Source of the DNA: Candidatus Bathyarchaeota archaeon
GTDB lineage: Archaea > Thermoproteota > Bathyarchaeia > TCS64
DNA: 64,000 bases
Direction: 5' to 3'
Assembly: GCA_016783455.1 (NCBI GenBank)
Contig: JADHWN010000002.1
Coordinates: 25,836 to 89,835, forward strand
This document shows positions 27,395 through 36,567 of the stretch, in pieces. The notes beneath the pieces are model-generated. The model did not search any database, was not told the DNA's origin, and was given only the letters and a program-made list of their open reading frames with translations. A program made the position numbers and the translations under genes. The stretch's first letter is position 1, and each line of letters starts with the position of its first letter.

Positions 27395-27720
27395 TATTTT
27401 TTTCTCTCTTCAACTGTCACTCCGTTTATTTTCTGGGTCTCGGCTATCATGGCCTCCACGAGCTCGGGGGGCTCGATATTGTGGATGTTCTCGATGGTTA
27501 TGGGTAGAGGCTGTCCGTCCTCGTCCTCGAGGTCCCATTCAACCAATGTCTGCGCGAGCATCATGTCGTTGAGGACCCAGGGGTCGACGTCCGGCTCAAG
27601 CGAGCCCGATGCGCCTCGTGTCCACGTGGTCGCCTTTCTTAGGGCCTTCTGCTTCATGCCGTAGTTCCAGGTTCGGAACACGGCCCTGTGGCCCATTAAT
27701 TCGACTTCGTGTCTTGTCAT
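27394..27720 (-). CDS. Tail assembly chaperone (gpG-like)
   Basis: LVEWDLEDEDGQPLPIT.ENI; ends ERKK at A AAA AAA TAG. Confidence 0.8.
   Translation of the reverse strand: MTRHEVELMGHRAVFRTWNYGMKQKALRKATTWTRGASGSLEPDVDPWVLNDMMLAQTLVEWDLEDEDGQPLPITIENIHNIEPPELVEAMIAETQKINGVTVEERKK
27397..27403 (-). other. -1 programmed ribosomal frameshift heptamer A AAA AAA
   Basis: AGA AAA AAA TAG; a -1 shift reads K-I-V-A-A-V-K into the downstream ORF. Confidence 0.8.
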
Positions 27721-27725
27721 TCAGA

Positions 27726-28610
27726 TCAATCCCATGACGTGGTTAAGTATCGTCCCTCGAACTCTATTCGGCAGGCGATCAGGTCCTCGGGCTTCAGCAC
27801 GGGCTCGACGAGAGAGAACTTGCCTTTATTGAGCTTTATCCAGTTGGAGTTAGGCATCACGAGTTTCAGGTAGAGCTCCGTCTGGTCGACCAGGTAGTCC
27901 AGGAACGTGTTGCTCGTGAAGTTTACGGTGAGTCTCGCCGTCTGTATCTGCTCCATCTCCTCGAGGGTGGTGACTGTCTTGGCTCCTGCGGCGTTGAAGA
28001 CGAAGTTGGGCTTCAGCCGGTTGTCGATTCGGAACTCCCAATCTGTGACGTCGGGGATCGTGGTCCAGTCTGCGTCGTTGAGGCTCGTCTGCACGTAGAA
28101 GTCCTCCCACTCGTCCGGCAGGCCTAAGGCAGCTCCGTAGCTGTGAATGGTCGAGTCCTTCGAGTCGAATGTCTTCCCAAGCAGATCAGCTTCGAAGACT
28201 ACGTCCTCTCCGACGCTCCCGCGAATTGTGAGGACGTCAAGCTTTAAGCCCGTCCAGTAAAGGTAGACCTCGTCTGATCCCTTCTTCATTATGGCCTCCG
28301 CGAAGAAGTTCTCGCCCTCGACGAGCATTCTGTCTATCCAGTACTGAGCACTGTGACCCTGAAGCCACTTTAGTCTCAGGCCGACGTTCTCCCTTCGTCT
28401 CGTGAGGCTTACGGCTCTTCCGGCCTCGGCTTCTTCGCCTCTGAGAACGAAGACCCTGGACAGCTCGGGGTCGTACAGGGGCGTAAGCTCCTGCACGTGT
28501 CCGGCTCTGAAGAGCGTGGTCGGCGTGGCGCCGGGGCTGTTCCCGTAGAGGGCCTCGGTGTAGTTCTTGTACCCGAACTCGATTTGGTCCTTCCCTTTGT
28601 ATCTGACCAT
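27726..28610 (-). CDS. Major tail (tube) protein
   Basis: 294 aa, beta-rich, WEFRIDNRL motif; between the terminator and chaperone genes; no sheath gene present. Confidence 0.75.
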   Translation of the reverse strand: MVRYKGKDQIEFGYKNYTEALYGNSPGATPTTLFRAGHVQELTPLYDPELSRVFVLRGEEAEAGRAVSLTRRRENVGLRLKWLQGHSAQYWIDRMLVEGENFFAEAIMKKGSDEVYLYWTGLKLDVLTIRGSVGEDVVFEADLLGKTFDSKDSTIHSYGAALGLPDEWEDFYVQTSLNDADWTTIPDVTDWEFRIDNRLKPNFVFNAAGAKTVTTLEEMEQIQTARLTVNFTSNTFLDYLVDQTELYLKLVMPNSNWIKLNKGKFSLVEPVLKPEDLIACRIEFEGRYLTTSWD

Positions 28611-28618
28611 ATTACCTC

Positions 28619-29026
28619 CTACTTGTAGTATCTGACCTCGAGGCGCAGCCGGCTCCTGTAGAGTCGGGGGTGCGTCTCTCCCTCATCGAGATCCCGCCAG
28701 TTGGAGGTCTCGATGAAATCCAAGCCGCCTCCTGGGTCACTGCACTTGGATTGGATGATCCGGTCCACCTCTTCGATCATCCTGTGTCTCTTCTCCTGGT
28801 CTCCCTTGCTCCAAACATCGATGGCGTATGTAGACGTGACCCTTCTCTGCTGGTTTGGCAGGTCCTCGTGAAACCCCATGAAGCGGGGTTGCGTGAGGAC
28901 ATGGGAGACCACGACCTGGGGCATTTTCTGCTTGGCCTCGTACCAGTCGGTGCTGAACTGAGGCGTGAAGTCTACACCCCAGTCTTCCTCGAGGAGGGTC
29001 ATCAAAATGACCTTGACGTCTGTCAA
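28619..29026 (-). CDS. Tail terminator protein
   Basis: Position; YAIDVWS..EVDRII and YRSRLRLEVRY patterns. Confidence 0.65.
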   Translation of the reverse strand: MTDVKVILMTLLEEDWGVDFTPQFSTDWYEAKQKMPQVVVSHVLTQPRFMGFHEDLPNQQRRVTSTYAIDVWSKGDQEKRHRMIEEVDRIIQSKCSDPGGGLDFIETSNWRDLDEGETHPRLYRSRLRLEVRYYK

Positions 29027-29409
29027 TCTACCTTTCTCACCGCCTCGAGCATCAGGTAGGCGTCGGTCTTGATTGAGGCCTCGACGTGGTATCGAATGCC
29101 CTCGATCTCCACCTCGTAGCCACCCTCATCGACCGCCGCCCATAGAGCCAGGTAGATCCTGACCGTGTCCAGCTTCAGGATACCCGGGGGCTCGTTTCGC
29201 TCCCGGCCTCTCCTTTCGATGAAGGCCTTCTCCGTGTGGCTTGTCTCGGAGTAGACGGGCTGTCTGTAGCTGTCAACGCCTGTCTGCGTGAGTTCGATGA
29301 TTGTCAGGTTCGTGCCTCGATTCTTTACGGCCTCATCGAAGTGCATGGCTGATTCTGGGGGCCAGGACCTTAGGAAGCCCGTCCCGAACTGACCGTATTG
29401 AAAGCTCAT
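29023..29409 (-). CDS. Head-closure (stopper) protein
   Basis: GVDSYRQPVY and VEIEGIRYHV patterns; position. Confidence 0.6.
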   Translation of the reverse strand: MSFQYGQFGTGFLRSWPPESAMHFDEAVKNRGTNLTIIELTQTGVDSYRQPVYSETSHTEKAFIERRGRERNEPPGILKLDTVRIYLALWAAVDEGGYEVEIEGIRYHVEASIKTDAYLMLEAVRKVD

Positions 29410-29413
29410 GGGA

Positions 29414-29746
29414 TTATCCCCACGCGCAGTAGTCGTAGACCTGCTCGTTCACGTTGATGTTGTCGTTTCCGACTGTGAACCCGTCGGCGTCGAGGCTCTT
29501 GATTCGGTTCGCCCGGTTCAGGTGGTAGCTGCTATAGTGAGTCGTACACCGATCCGCCGCATGCCGATCGGTCTTCACGAAGACCCACGAGTCGCCGTCT
29601 CCGTCGAGATGCTTCACAATCTCTACCCTCTTGGGCTGGAATCCGACGCCAGTAATGGCTTGTGTGGCCTGACCGTCCCCGGTGAACGTCCCGGTCTTGA
29701 AGCCTACATGAAATTCTTGTTTGCTCAACTTACATACCTCACGCAA
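29414..29746 (-). CDS. Small virion/fibre-associated protein
   Basis: TGTFTGDGQATQAITGVGFQP...GFTVG..N..YDYCAW, a motif seen in viral fibre domains. Confidence 0.55.
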   Translation of the reverse strand: MREVCKLSKQEFHVGFKTGTFTGDGQATQAITGVGFQPKRVEIVKHLDGDGDSWVFVKTDRHAADRCTTHYSSYHLNRANRIKSLDADGFTVGNDNINVNEQVYDYCAWG

Positions 29747-31246
29747 TTATGTTGTGGGCCGACTCCGTGTTCGTGCCCCCATCGATGATAGCGCCCACAG
29801 GGGAGCCCGTGTACTGATAGCAGTGATTACCTAAACAGAGAGTCCTGTCAGCGGTGCCCATGATTTCAATGGCGTATTTATCGCAGTTGTCAAGCCGATT
29901 TCCCACAACCGCGTTTCTATCCCCAGCTACCAGAATGCCGCTGTAGGTCGCGGCGTCGAGAGAGTCGATGTCGACCAGTGAGTTCCCCTGGATCGTGCTA
30001 TCCCTGAAGAGAGCGGCGACGTAGACCCCGTGCTTCTTGATCTTGCGGATGGAGTTACCGTTAATTGTGATGTAAGCCCCATCCTCGCCGTAGATCCCGT
30101 ATCCTGCTGTGAGCTCGATTGTGTTCCCGCAGATCGTCCCGATTGAGCACTCCGCCTCGATGTGGATACCTGAGGTAGTCATGTCACTGACATCGTCGGC
30201 TCCGGTGATCAAGTTCCCCGTCACATTGAATCGATCCAAGCTGTAGAGAGATATCCCATCCACTCGATTATTCTCAAGTACGTTCCCGACTATGGCCACG
30301 TTCGCCCCGCCTTGAGCGGCGATGCCCTGCCTGTTGTTGTAGCAATGGTTCCCGATCACGAGAACGGATCCTGTCGGGTTGGTCATATAGCCTACCTGAA
30401 TGCCGTTCCAGGAGACCTGATCATGACACAGGTTCCCCCTAACCAGGATCCTATCACATTCCGGCTCGATGTTGATCCCGTCGTACTCGCTGTCCCAGCA
30501 GTCGTTCTCGGTATACCTGCAATCGTCCCCCGCGCTACATATCCCGTGTGCTGCAGCTGATTTTATCCAGCAGTGATCGACTTGGATGAACGAGCATGTG
30601 GAGCTTACTCTGACACAGTCTCCCTGGTGCTCTAAGGGGTAATACCCCGTCCTGCCGAACTCCTGGTTCAGTCGGTTGCCGTCGACGAGGAGGTTCGTGA
30701 TCCGGATGTTCTTTGATGTGCCCGTGACGTAGAACGTGCTGTGACAGGTGTAGACCCGTCCATTGTCGGCGACCTCGTACTGGTTCGCCAGGTCGTTGAC
30801 CATCGTGAGCACGTCGCCGTTTATCTGGGAGATCTCGTTGACCTCAGAGGCAGAATCGTCTCTCACGCAGACGTGCTGGCCCACTTCGAAGCTGCCGCCT
30901 ACGGCGACCTGGACCTCTTTCTGGGATGCGGCCGCGTCACTCGCTATGAGCTCCTGTACTTTGTTGGCTGTCTTGAACCTGGTGGCTTTTCCGACGCCTC
31001 TGATCACCAGGTCCTCGACGCCTTGATCTCTATGGCCTTCGTCACGGTCTCAAGGCCTTTCTTAACCAGGATCTCCCCGGCGTCCGTGGTTTGCAGGGCG
31101 TCGATGGCTTCTTGAAGTGTGCTGTAGTCTCCCTTTCCGTTGAAGTCGACTATCAGGGTGGCGGCCTTACCTGCGTAGTTGTCGGCGAGGTCGTTCCAAT
31201 CCTGGTAGGATATCTCGGTCGGTGGATAGGGCTTACTCAGAGGCAT
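29739..31246 (-). CDS. Right-handed beta-helix (pectate-lyase-like) spike, split by a frameshift near 31020 (ORFs 31004-31246 and 29739-31007)
   Basis: N-terminal cap GDYSTLQEAIDAL in the first ORF and repeated GN..N..GI beta-helix rungs in the second; adding one G gives ..AIEIKGVEDLVIRGVG.. Confidence 0.72.
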
Positions 31247-31598
31247 CTAACGCCTCCCCTGGATACCTGGTGTCCTCGTCGATGTGCCTGTACTCCGAGG
31301 CCTCCACCGAGACGCCTCCGTGGAGCCTGTAGATCCTCTCCATCTCCCTCTCCCAGACCTCAAGGGGGTTATGGGCCTCCTTCCATTCCCCGACTGCTTG
31401 GCTCTCGGGTTGTCGTGTCTTTATGGCGTGAGCCGCCAGCAGCATGCTCAGCTTCTTCACCAGCTTGTCCGATGCGCTCTGGACACCTATCCTCCTGTCG
31501 ATCTCGGCGTCACTCATCTCGATGATGCCGGAGATCTCCGTGTCCGTGAGGCTGGTCGACACTATGAGCCGCACATCAGCAGCCGTGCAGTAAACCAA
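31233..31598 (-). CDS. Head-tail adaptor protein
   Basis: YCTAADVR...IEMSDAEIDR motif; downstream of MCP. Confidence 0.72.
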   Translation of the reverse strand: MVYCTAADVRLIVSTSLTDTEISGIIEMSDAEIDRRIGVQSASDKLVKKLSMLLAAHAIKTRQPESQAVGEWKEAHNPLEVWEREMERIYRLHGGVSVEASEYRHIDEDTRYPGEALDASE

Positions 31599-31600
31599 GT

Positions 31601-31828
31601 CTACTCCTCCTCAGCCCTCTTCTCCGGTTCCTCGACCTTCGTCTCCTGGACCTTGGACCTCTTGGGCTCCTTTTCCTTCGGCGGCCTCCTCAGAACCTTG
31701 AAGTCAAGCTGCCCCCCGAGCTCCTCCGCCACTTCGTCCTCGACCTCGAGGACCTCCCCCGGAGACCACATCCTCCTGGGCCTCAGGGTTCCGACTCGGC
31801 GGATACCGGTGAACCTTACTCTTCTCAT
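31601..31828 (-). CDS. Small viral protein typical of the post-MCP position
   Basis: PGEVLEVEDEVAEEL plus charged tail. Confidence 0.6.
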   Translation of the reverse strand: MRRVRFTGIRRVGTLRPRRMWSPGEVLEVEDEVAEELGGQLDFKVLRRPPKEKEPKRSKVQETKVEEPEKRAEEE

Positions 31829-31899
31829 CTCCTTCCTCCCTTGTTTAGGGGTGAATACGCCCTCTGAAACGGGCGTGGACCTCTGTCGCTGACTTCAGT

Positions 31900-31928
31900 G
31901 TAGCCTCGGACCCCCAGGCTGAGGCTAC
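31900..31928 (-). terminator. Stem-loop overlapping the MCP stop codon (terminator or mRNA stabiliser)
   Basis: GTAGCCTCGG...CTGAGGCTAC, 10-bp arms with one non-Watson-Crick position. Confidence 0.45.
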
Positions 31929-32854
31929 GTACATATCTTGTCGATGCCGTCGTCAAGCACAAGCTTGGGCTCAAGGTACTGACGGATTATGTAAGCGTCG
32001 TAGCCGGCCTTCTCATCCCTGTACCTGGCCGCCTCCGTTGGACCCTGACCCAGGACGAGAGCAGGCGCCGAGGTGCTGCCAACCAGCGGGCCAAGGCTCG
32101 CCGTCGGCGTCTCAGTGAGAGCGTAGTCCACGAAGACCTTAACCGTCGGAAAACCGGGAAGCGTGAACTGCCCCCCGGCTGCTCCGATGGATGCGATGCC
32201 GGCGTGCACCAGATCTCTCACGTAGGTGTTCTGGATGAACTTCCCCCACAGCGTCGGGTGCAATGCCATGAAATCCGGTTCGTAGCCCTTGCCCTCGATG
32301 TACTGCAGGCTCGCCTGGATGGCCAGCATCGGGTTGGTGTCGCTTAAGCCGCTCGTAATGGCGCCCCAGTCGCTGTACGCTGTTCCGGCCACTTTCTCGG
32401 TGCAGGCCTCCGCGATCTCCACGATCTGCTTGTTCTCCATCCGGGCGAGGTCCCTCGCCGCATCGGAGACGTGCAGTCCGAGGATGTCGTGGGCCGCCTT
32501 CTTCCGAGCCTCGTCGCTGAGGACGACGTGGACAACGTTCTTCCAGAGGTCGAAGTCGACTACGGTGTACGCCTCAGCTGTGATCTCCGCCTCCACGAGG
32601 GCGGGGACCTTCTCCTGGCCTGCGAGAGCCGTGGCGACGTCGATCCTGGCGGTGAGGCTGTCCATCCGGATGGGCCGGCAGACTGGCCTGAGCTTGTACT
32701 GCGGCCTGGCGAGGCCTAGGACCTCGTCGAGGATGGTGACGGCCTCTATGTCGGCGATGTCTCCCGGCGTGATCATCTGGGCCTCGAAGACGGTGCTCCT
32801 GGGCTGCGTGTAGTAGCCTCCGTTAACCGCTGAACTGTAGATTCTTGGTTCCAT
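31925..32854 (-). CDS. Major capsid protein (HK97 fold)
   Basis: 309 aa after scaffold and decoration genes; AARDLARMENKQI spine helix, GYEPDFMALHP motif. Confidence 0.82.
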   Translation of the reverse strand: MEPRIYSSAVNGGYYTQPRSTVFEAQMITPGDIADIEAVTILDEVLGLARPQYKLRPVCRPIRMDSLTARIDVATALAGQEKVPALVEAEITAEAYTVVDFDLWKNVVHVVLSDEARKKAAHDILGLHVSDAARDLARMENKQIVEIAEACTEKVAGTAYSDWGAITSGLSDTNPMLAIQASLQYIEGKGYEPDFMALHPTLWGKFIQNTYVRDLVHAGIASIGAAGGQFTLPGFPTVKVFVDYALTETPTASLGPLVGSTSAPALVLGQGPTEAARYRDEKAGYDAYIIRQYLEPKLVLDDGIDKICT

Positions 32855-32862
32855 ATACTCAC

Positions 32863-33270
32863 CTACATGTATCCGAGCTGCACTTTCACGGCAGCGGCTC
32901 CGTCGGCGCCGGTTTCAAGAGCTGTGCCTACAACTTCGTCGAAGGTGGGACTGGACACGTCCACGATCCTTCCCTCCTCTGAGGTCTGCTCAGAGGGCAT
33001 GACGTGTGTGAAGGCCGTGCATCCTGCTGCTCCAGGCAGGCAGTAGACAACGGTTGGCGCGATCGCCACCTCTCCGTCTTCGCCGTTGTCGATGTCCATG
33101 ATGGCGACCCCGAAGGGCCCCGTCTCGGCTGCGGTGATGTCGGCGATGTTGGCGTCGACCAGCGTGACGACGTTGCCCTTCTTGATGTCCTCGGCTGCGG
33201 TGATGGTGATGATCCGCATTCCCTGTTCGACCGCTATGTCGCCGGCTTTGGTGGTCTCGATCCAAGCCAT
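32863..33270 (-). CDS. Capsid decoration/cement protein (DUF2190-like)
   Basis: TAAEDIKKGNVV, GVAIMD..NGE, VVGTALE motifs. Confidence 0.75.
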   Translation of the reverse strand: MAWIETTKAGDIAVEQGMRIITITAAEDIKKGNVVTLVDANIADITAAETGPFGVAIMDIDNGEDGEVAIAPTVVYCLPGAAGCTAFTHVMPSEQTSEEGRIVDVSSPTFDEVVGTALETGADGAAAVKVQLGYM

Positions 33271-34319
33271 CAGTTAGCCGCCTCCCTGCGGTGGCCGAAG
33301 AGGCGCTCCCTGGTGTCCTCGACGGCGGCCTCGAAGCTGCTTTTATCGTCCTTGGTGTACTTCGCCTTGGGGCCAGCGGGCTGAGCCTTCTCGATTCTCT
33401 CGGCGACCTTCCCAGCGTCCTCCGCCAGGAGAACGAGGGTCTTGTCGTCGAGCTCCTTCAGGCGCTCCGCCTCTTTATCCCCGTCCGCAACGAGGCCCGC
33501 TTTGAACCGAGCCTCCAAGGCTGTGTCAACTCGTTCTTGGTGTCTCTCAGCCTCCAGGGCCTCGACGCGCTCCTTGAGCTCGTCCTTCTCAGTCTGCACT
33601 CCGTTGAGGTTCTCGTTCTCCGCCTTCAGAGTGTCGATCTCCTTCTGTTTATCCGTCAGTTGCTGACGAAGCTCCTCTATCTGAGCTTCCATTCCATTTT
33701 TTTCCTCCTTTTCATCGGGTTTCAGGTTGCCCTGGGGACCCTGGGCCCCGTCCATGTTGGACTGTGATGTGTAGAGTACTCCCGGGCCCGCCATGTGGCC
33801 CACGGTGAGTATTCCTGCCTGGGGGTAGGCGGGGTCGGCGACGAAGTCCACCCGCTCGAAGGTGAAGCTCTCTATGACCTCGTGGCCCTCGCCGCTGGTG
33901 ATGTGCTCGTCGGGGGCTCCTGTGATGTCCTCGCCGCAGACGCTGCAGGTCACCCTGAAGGCTCTGATCACGACGCTGACGGGCCCCCATTCGCCGCCTG
34001 TGAGCTTCTCCCAGGCTGTCTCGTCGGTTATCTCGGCGGTGGCGAGGGCGTAGCCGTCGGGCTTCTCCACACGGACCCACTTGCCCACCTCCAGGGGCTC
34101 GTGGACGTGGTTCACCCTGTACCCGGGTATGCAGCCTAATGGCTTCCCCAGCAGCCCGGGGTAGGCGTCCTCGAGGGCCTTGTCGGTGACCCTCCAGTTG
34201 TTCCTGTTCAGGCTGGTGTTCATCAGGTAGAAGGTGGCCAGCATATCCTCGTCCCCGGACTCGATGCTGTGCACCGCTGCCCAGAACCTCAGCTCTATTC
34301 CTTCACTCACTCTCCTCAT
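33270..34319 (-). CDS. Prohead protease with C-terminal scaffold coiled coil
   Basis: NRNNW, H, VS, FVADPAYPQA motifs; long E/K-rich coiled coil. Confidence 0.78.
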   Translation of the reverse strand: MRRVSEGIELRFWAAVHSIESGDEDMLATFYLMNTSLNRNNWRVTDKALEDAYPGLLGKPLGCIPGYRVNHVHEPLEVGKWVRVEKPDGYALATAEITDETAWEKLTGGEWGPVSVVIRAFRVTCSVCGEDITGAPDEHITSGEGHEVIESFTFERVDFVADPAYPQAGILTVGHMAGPGVLYTSQSNMDGAQGPQGNLKPDEKEEKNGMEAQIEELRQQLTDKQKEIDTLKAENENLNGVQTEKDELKERVEALEAERHQERVDTALEARFKAGLVADGDKEAERLKELDDKTLVLLAEDAGKVAERIEKAQPAGPKAKYTKDDKSSFEAAVEDTRERLFGHRREAAN

Positions 34320-35541
34320 CCTCCAGCTCAGCGAGGTCCCAGCCCATCATCTCCCACGCCTTCCCCAGGCGGCCCCCTATCGGCCCCTGGCCCCGCCCAT
34401 GGAGAACCGCCACGGCCTTCGCCATCTCGTAGACGTCGGACACCCTGACGGGGTTCCACACGTGCTTCACCAGCACCGGGAGCTGCTCACCCTCGGGCAC
34501 GGGCTGGCCCTCGTCCTCCAGTATGTTCCGGGTCCACCTGTCGTACCACTGGGCCTCCAGCTCCCGCTTGAAGTACCTCTGGATGTGGGTGACTGGCCCC
34601 TGCACGTAGGCCTCCAGCTCCGCGTAGGCGGTGGCCCTGTTCTCGATGGGCCTCCCCAGCAGGAACCGTGGGGTCCCGAAGTTCCCGATGATCGATTGGT
34701 CCAGCCGCTCAAGGAGCTCGTTGAGCCCCTTGATGTCCGGCGTCATGTCGACGACGGTGGGGGTAACGCTCTCGTTGACCGCGATGCTCTTCCCGGCCCT
34801 GGCCACGGCCGCGAGGTCCTGAACGGCCCTGTCGGCCTCCTCCTTGCCGAGTCCTGAGGTGTCCGCCTGAAGTATCGTGTAGGGCGCCCAGATCGTCCGT
34901 ACGATCTCAGGGAAGTTCTCCCGGAGGAGGTCGTGGCGGGCCTTGCAGATGTCCCTGATGGGCTCCACGTCGCTGAGTCCTTCCCGGTCTGCCTCCAGGG
35001 GCAGGTTGAGGAAGTACAGGAGCTCCGTGGGCTCGTAGAAGCCGTCCCTGCCCTCGTACTTGTAGCCCTGGAGCTCCCAGTCCTCGGAGAGGTTGGGCTT
35101 CAGCCTGGAGCTCTGCAACGAGAGGAGCCACGACGGGTACTCCTCGTCGTCCAGGACGATCTCGAACCCCGCCTTCCCGTATACGCTGCGCTTGACCTGG
35201 GCGACGAACAGGACCTGGTCCATGTTCACCCGCTTGTTGAACCCGTCGACGCCCTCCTCCACGAAGGCGTAATCCTCTACATTATCGTCCTCGCCTACAG
35301 CTTCGAGGACAGTCTCAAAGCCGGCCGTCATGGTCGCAAAATAGGCATTTGTCACGACACACTTGCGGACGAGCTCGTCCTGGCGGAACCAGCGGTAGTC
35401 CTCGGGCATCCCCGCGTAATACGAGCTGGTCGTGGGCGTCGTGGTCTCCCCGTACCTCTTCGCCTTCGGCGCCCTGGCCTCCCCGTGGAGGAACCGCCTG
35501 AAAACGGGTATGATTCCGGGCCACGTCCTCCCCGACATCAT
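34303..35541 (-). CDS. Portal protein
   Basis: VYGKAGFEI, EGLSDVE, FGTPRFLLG..NRATA motifs; first large gene of the virion operon. Confidence 0.82.
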   Translation of the reverse strand: MMSGRTWPGIIPVFRRFLHGEARAPKAKRYGETTTPTTSSYYAGMPEDYRWFRQDELVRKCVVTNAYFATMTAGFETVLEAVGEDDNVEDYAFVEEGVDGFNKRVNMDQVLFVAQVKRSVYGKAGFEIVLDDEEYPSWLLSLQSSRLKPNLSEDWELQGYKYEGRDGFYEPTELLYFLNLPLEADREGLSDVEPIRDICKARHDLLRENFPEIVRTIWAPYTILQADTSGLGKEEADRAVQDLAAVARAGKSIAVNESVTPTVVDMTPDIKGLNELLERLDQSIIGNFGTPRFLLGRPIENRATAYAELEAYVQGPVTHIQRYFKRELEAQWYDRWTRNILEDEGQPVPEGEQLPVLVKHVWNPVRVSDVYEMAKAVAVLHGRGQGPIGGRLGKAWEMMGWDLAELEDEESE

Positions 35542-35669
35542 CTCTCCCTCGGGCCGCGCCTCGCCACGTCGAGGATCTTTACGCCCTGTCTCTCCCTGAG
35601 CCCCTTGAACGGGTCCTCTGGGTGTGACGGGGCCCTCTCCACGACGGCCTTAGGCGGATTTTTCGGCAT
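35538..35669 (-). CDS. Small basic protein (43 aa, not in the ORF track)
   Basis: MPKNPPKAVVERAPSHPEDPFKGLRERQGVKILDVARRGPRER; ATGA overlap with portal. Confidence 0.5.
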   Translation of the reverse strand: MPKNPPKAVVERAPSHPEDPFKGLRERQGVKILDVARRGPRER

Positions 35670-35784
35670 AGCTGAGCCTCTTCAGAATCTTGGATATCAC
35701 TAGGAAAGTGGATCATAAAAAAGTGGGTGAGAAAAGTAGGAAATGTAGCAATAGATATATAATGTTCTGACGATTACTAATTAT

Positions 35785-35970
35785 GTGATGGTTCTAAGAG
35801 AGGATAAAAAGGAGAAAATATCCATCTCGCTTTCTTCAGATGTTTTAGAACGTGTCAACGAAGATGTTAGAAGAGAGGGTAGAAAGAGGTCAACCTACAT
35901 CGATTACATCCTGAAGAACCACTTCGGCCTCACCAAGACCTCCAAGCCCCTAGCCAGGAGCGCCCGATAG
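35785..35970 (+). CDS. Ribbon-helix-helix regulator, divergent from the virion operon
   Basis: KISISLSSDVLERVNE..RREGRKRSTYIDYIL. Confidence 0.78.
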   Translation: MMVLREDKKEKISISLSSDVLERVNEDVRREGRKRSTYIDYILKNHFGLTKTSKPLARSAR

Positions 35971-36091
35971 CCGGGACCGGAAAAGTATCGCGCGCGTTAC
36001 TCCAATGTTCAGTTAAAATTGGCGTATGCTTTATGGGTGACAACGTCCCAATTAATGCTGGCTGAGGGGCCCGCACCTGTGTCCGCACGGA

Positions 36092-36177
36092 CATTGGTAC
36101 ACTCCAAAACCCCTCAGCCACCCCCACGAATAATTTATTAATATATACGCCTAAATGTTAGACGGAGTGTACCAATG
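36092..36177. repeat. Perfect 14-bp inverted repeat flanking an AT-rich promoter
   Basis: CATTGGTACACTCC (36092-36105) and GGAGTGTACCAATG (36164-36177). Confidence 0.8.
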
Positions 36178-36531
36178 AAACTGGATACAGATGAGACGGT
36201 ACTAGAAGAAGTTATCAAGGAATACGAGCTAGCGATAATGAACCATCTCTTCAGCGTGAAGAAGCCAACGGGTAGCGGCATTGTCTGGACCTGGATCAAC
36301 GAGGGCTCCAAGTGGGGCCAGGAACCAGGGAACTCGATCAGCAGAGCCAGCGTCATCATGTTCCTCAACCGCCTCGTAGACGAGGACCTCCTCACGTGGG
36401 AGGACGCCACGGGCAAGGGAGGCCACCACAGGCTATACGTGATGGAGTTGAGCCGACCCGAGTTCGCCAAAAAGGTGATCGACAAGTTCCTCAACACGCT
36501 GAAGACGATAAAGGACCAGGAGAAAATGTAG
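36175..36531 (+). CDS. wHTH regulator (BlaI/CopY-like)
   Basis: ISRASVIMFLNRLVDEDLL...TGKGGHHRLY. Confidence 0.72.
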   Translation: MKLDTDETVLEEVIKEYELAIMNHLFSVKKPTGSGIVWTWINEGSKWGQEPGNSISRASVIMFLNRLVDEDLLTWEDATGKGGHHRLYVMELSRPEFAKKVIDKFLNTLKTIKDQEKM

Positions 36532-36567
36532 TATCCCGAAAAAGCCACTCTTTTTTTTCTTGTGCGC

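Noticed and set aside
23414-31246. Diversity-generating retroelement acting on tail or spike genes
   Set aside because: No reverse transcriptase and no template/variable repeat pair seen
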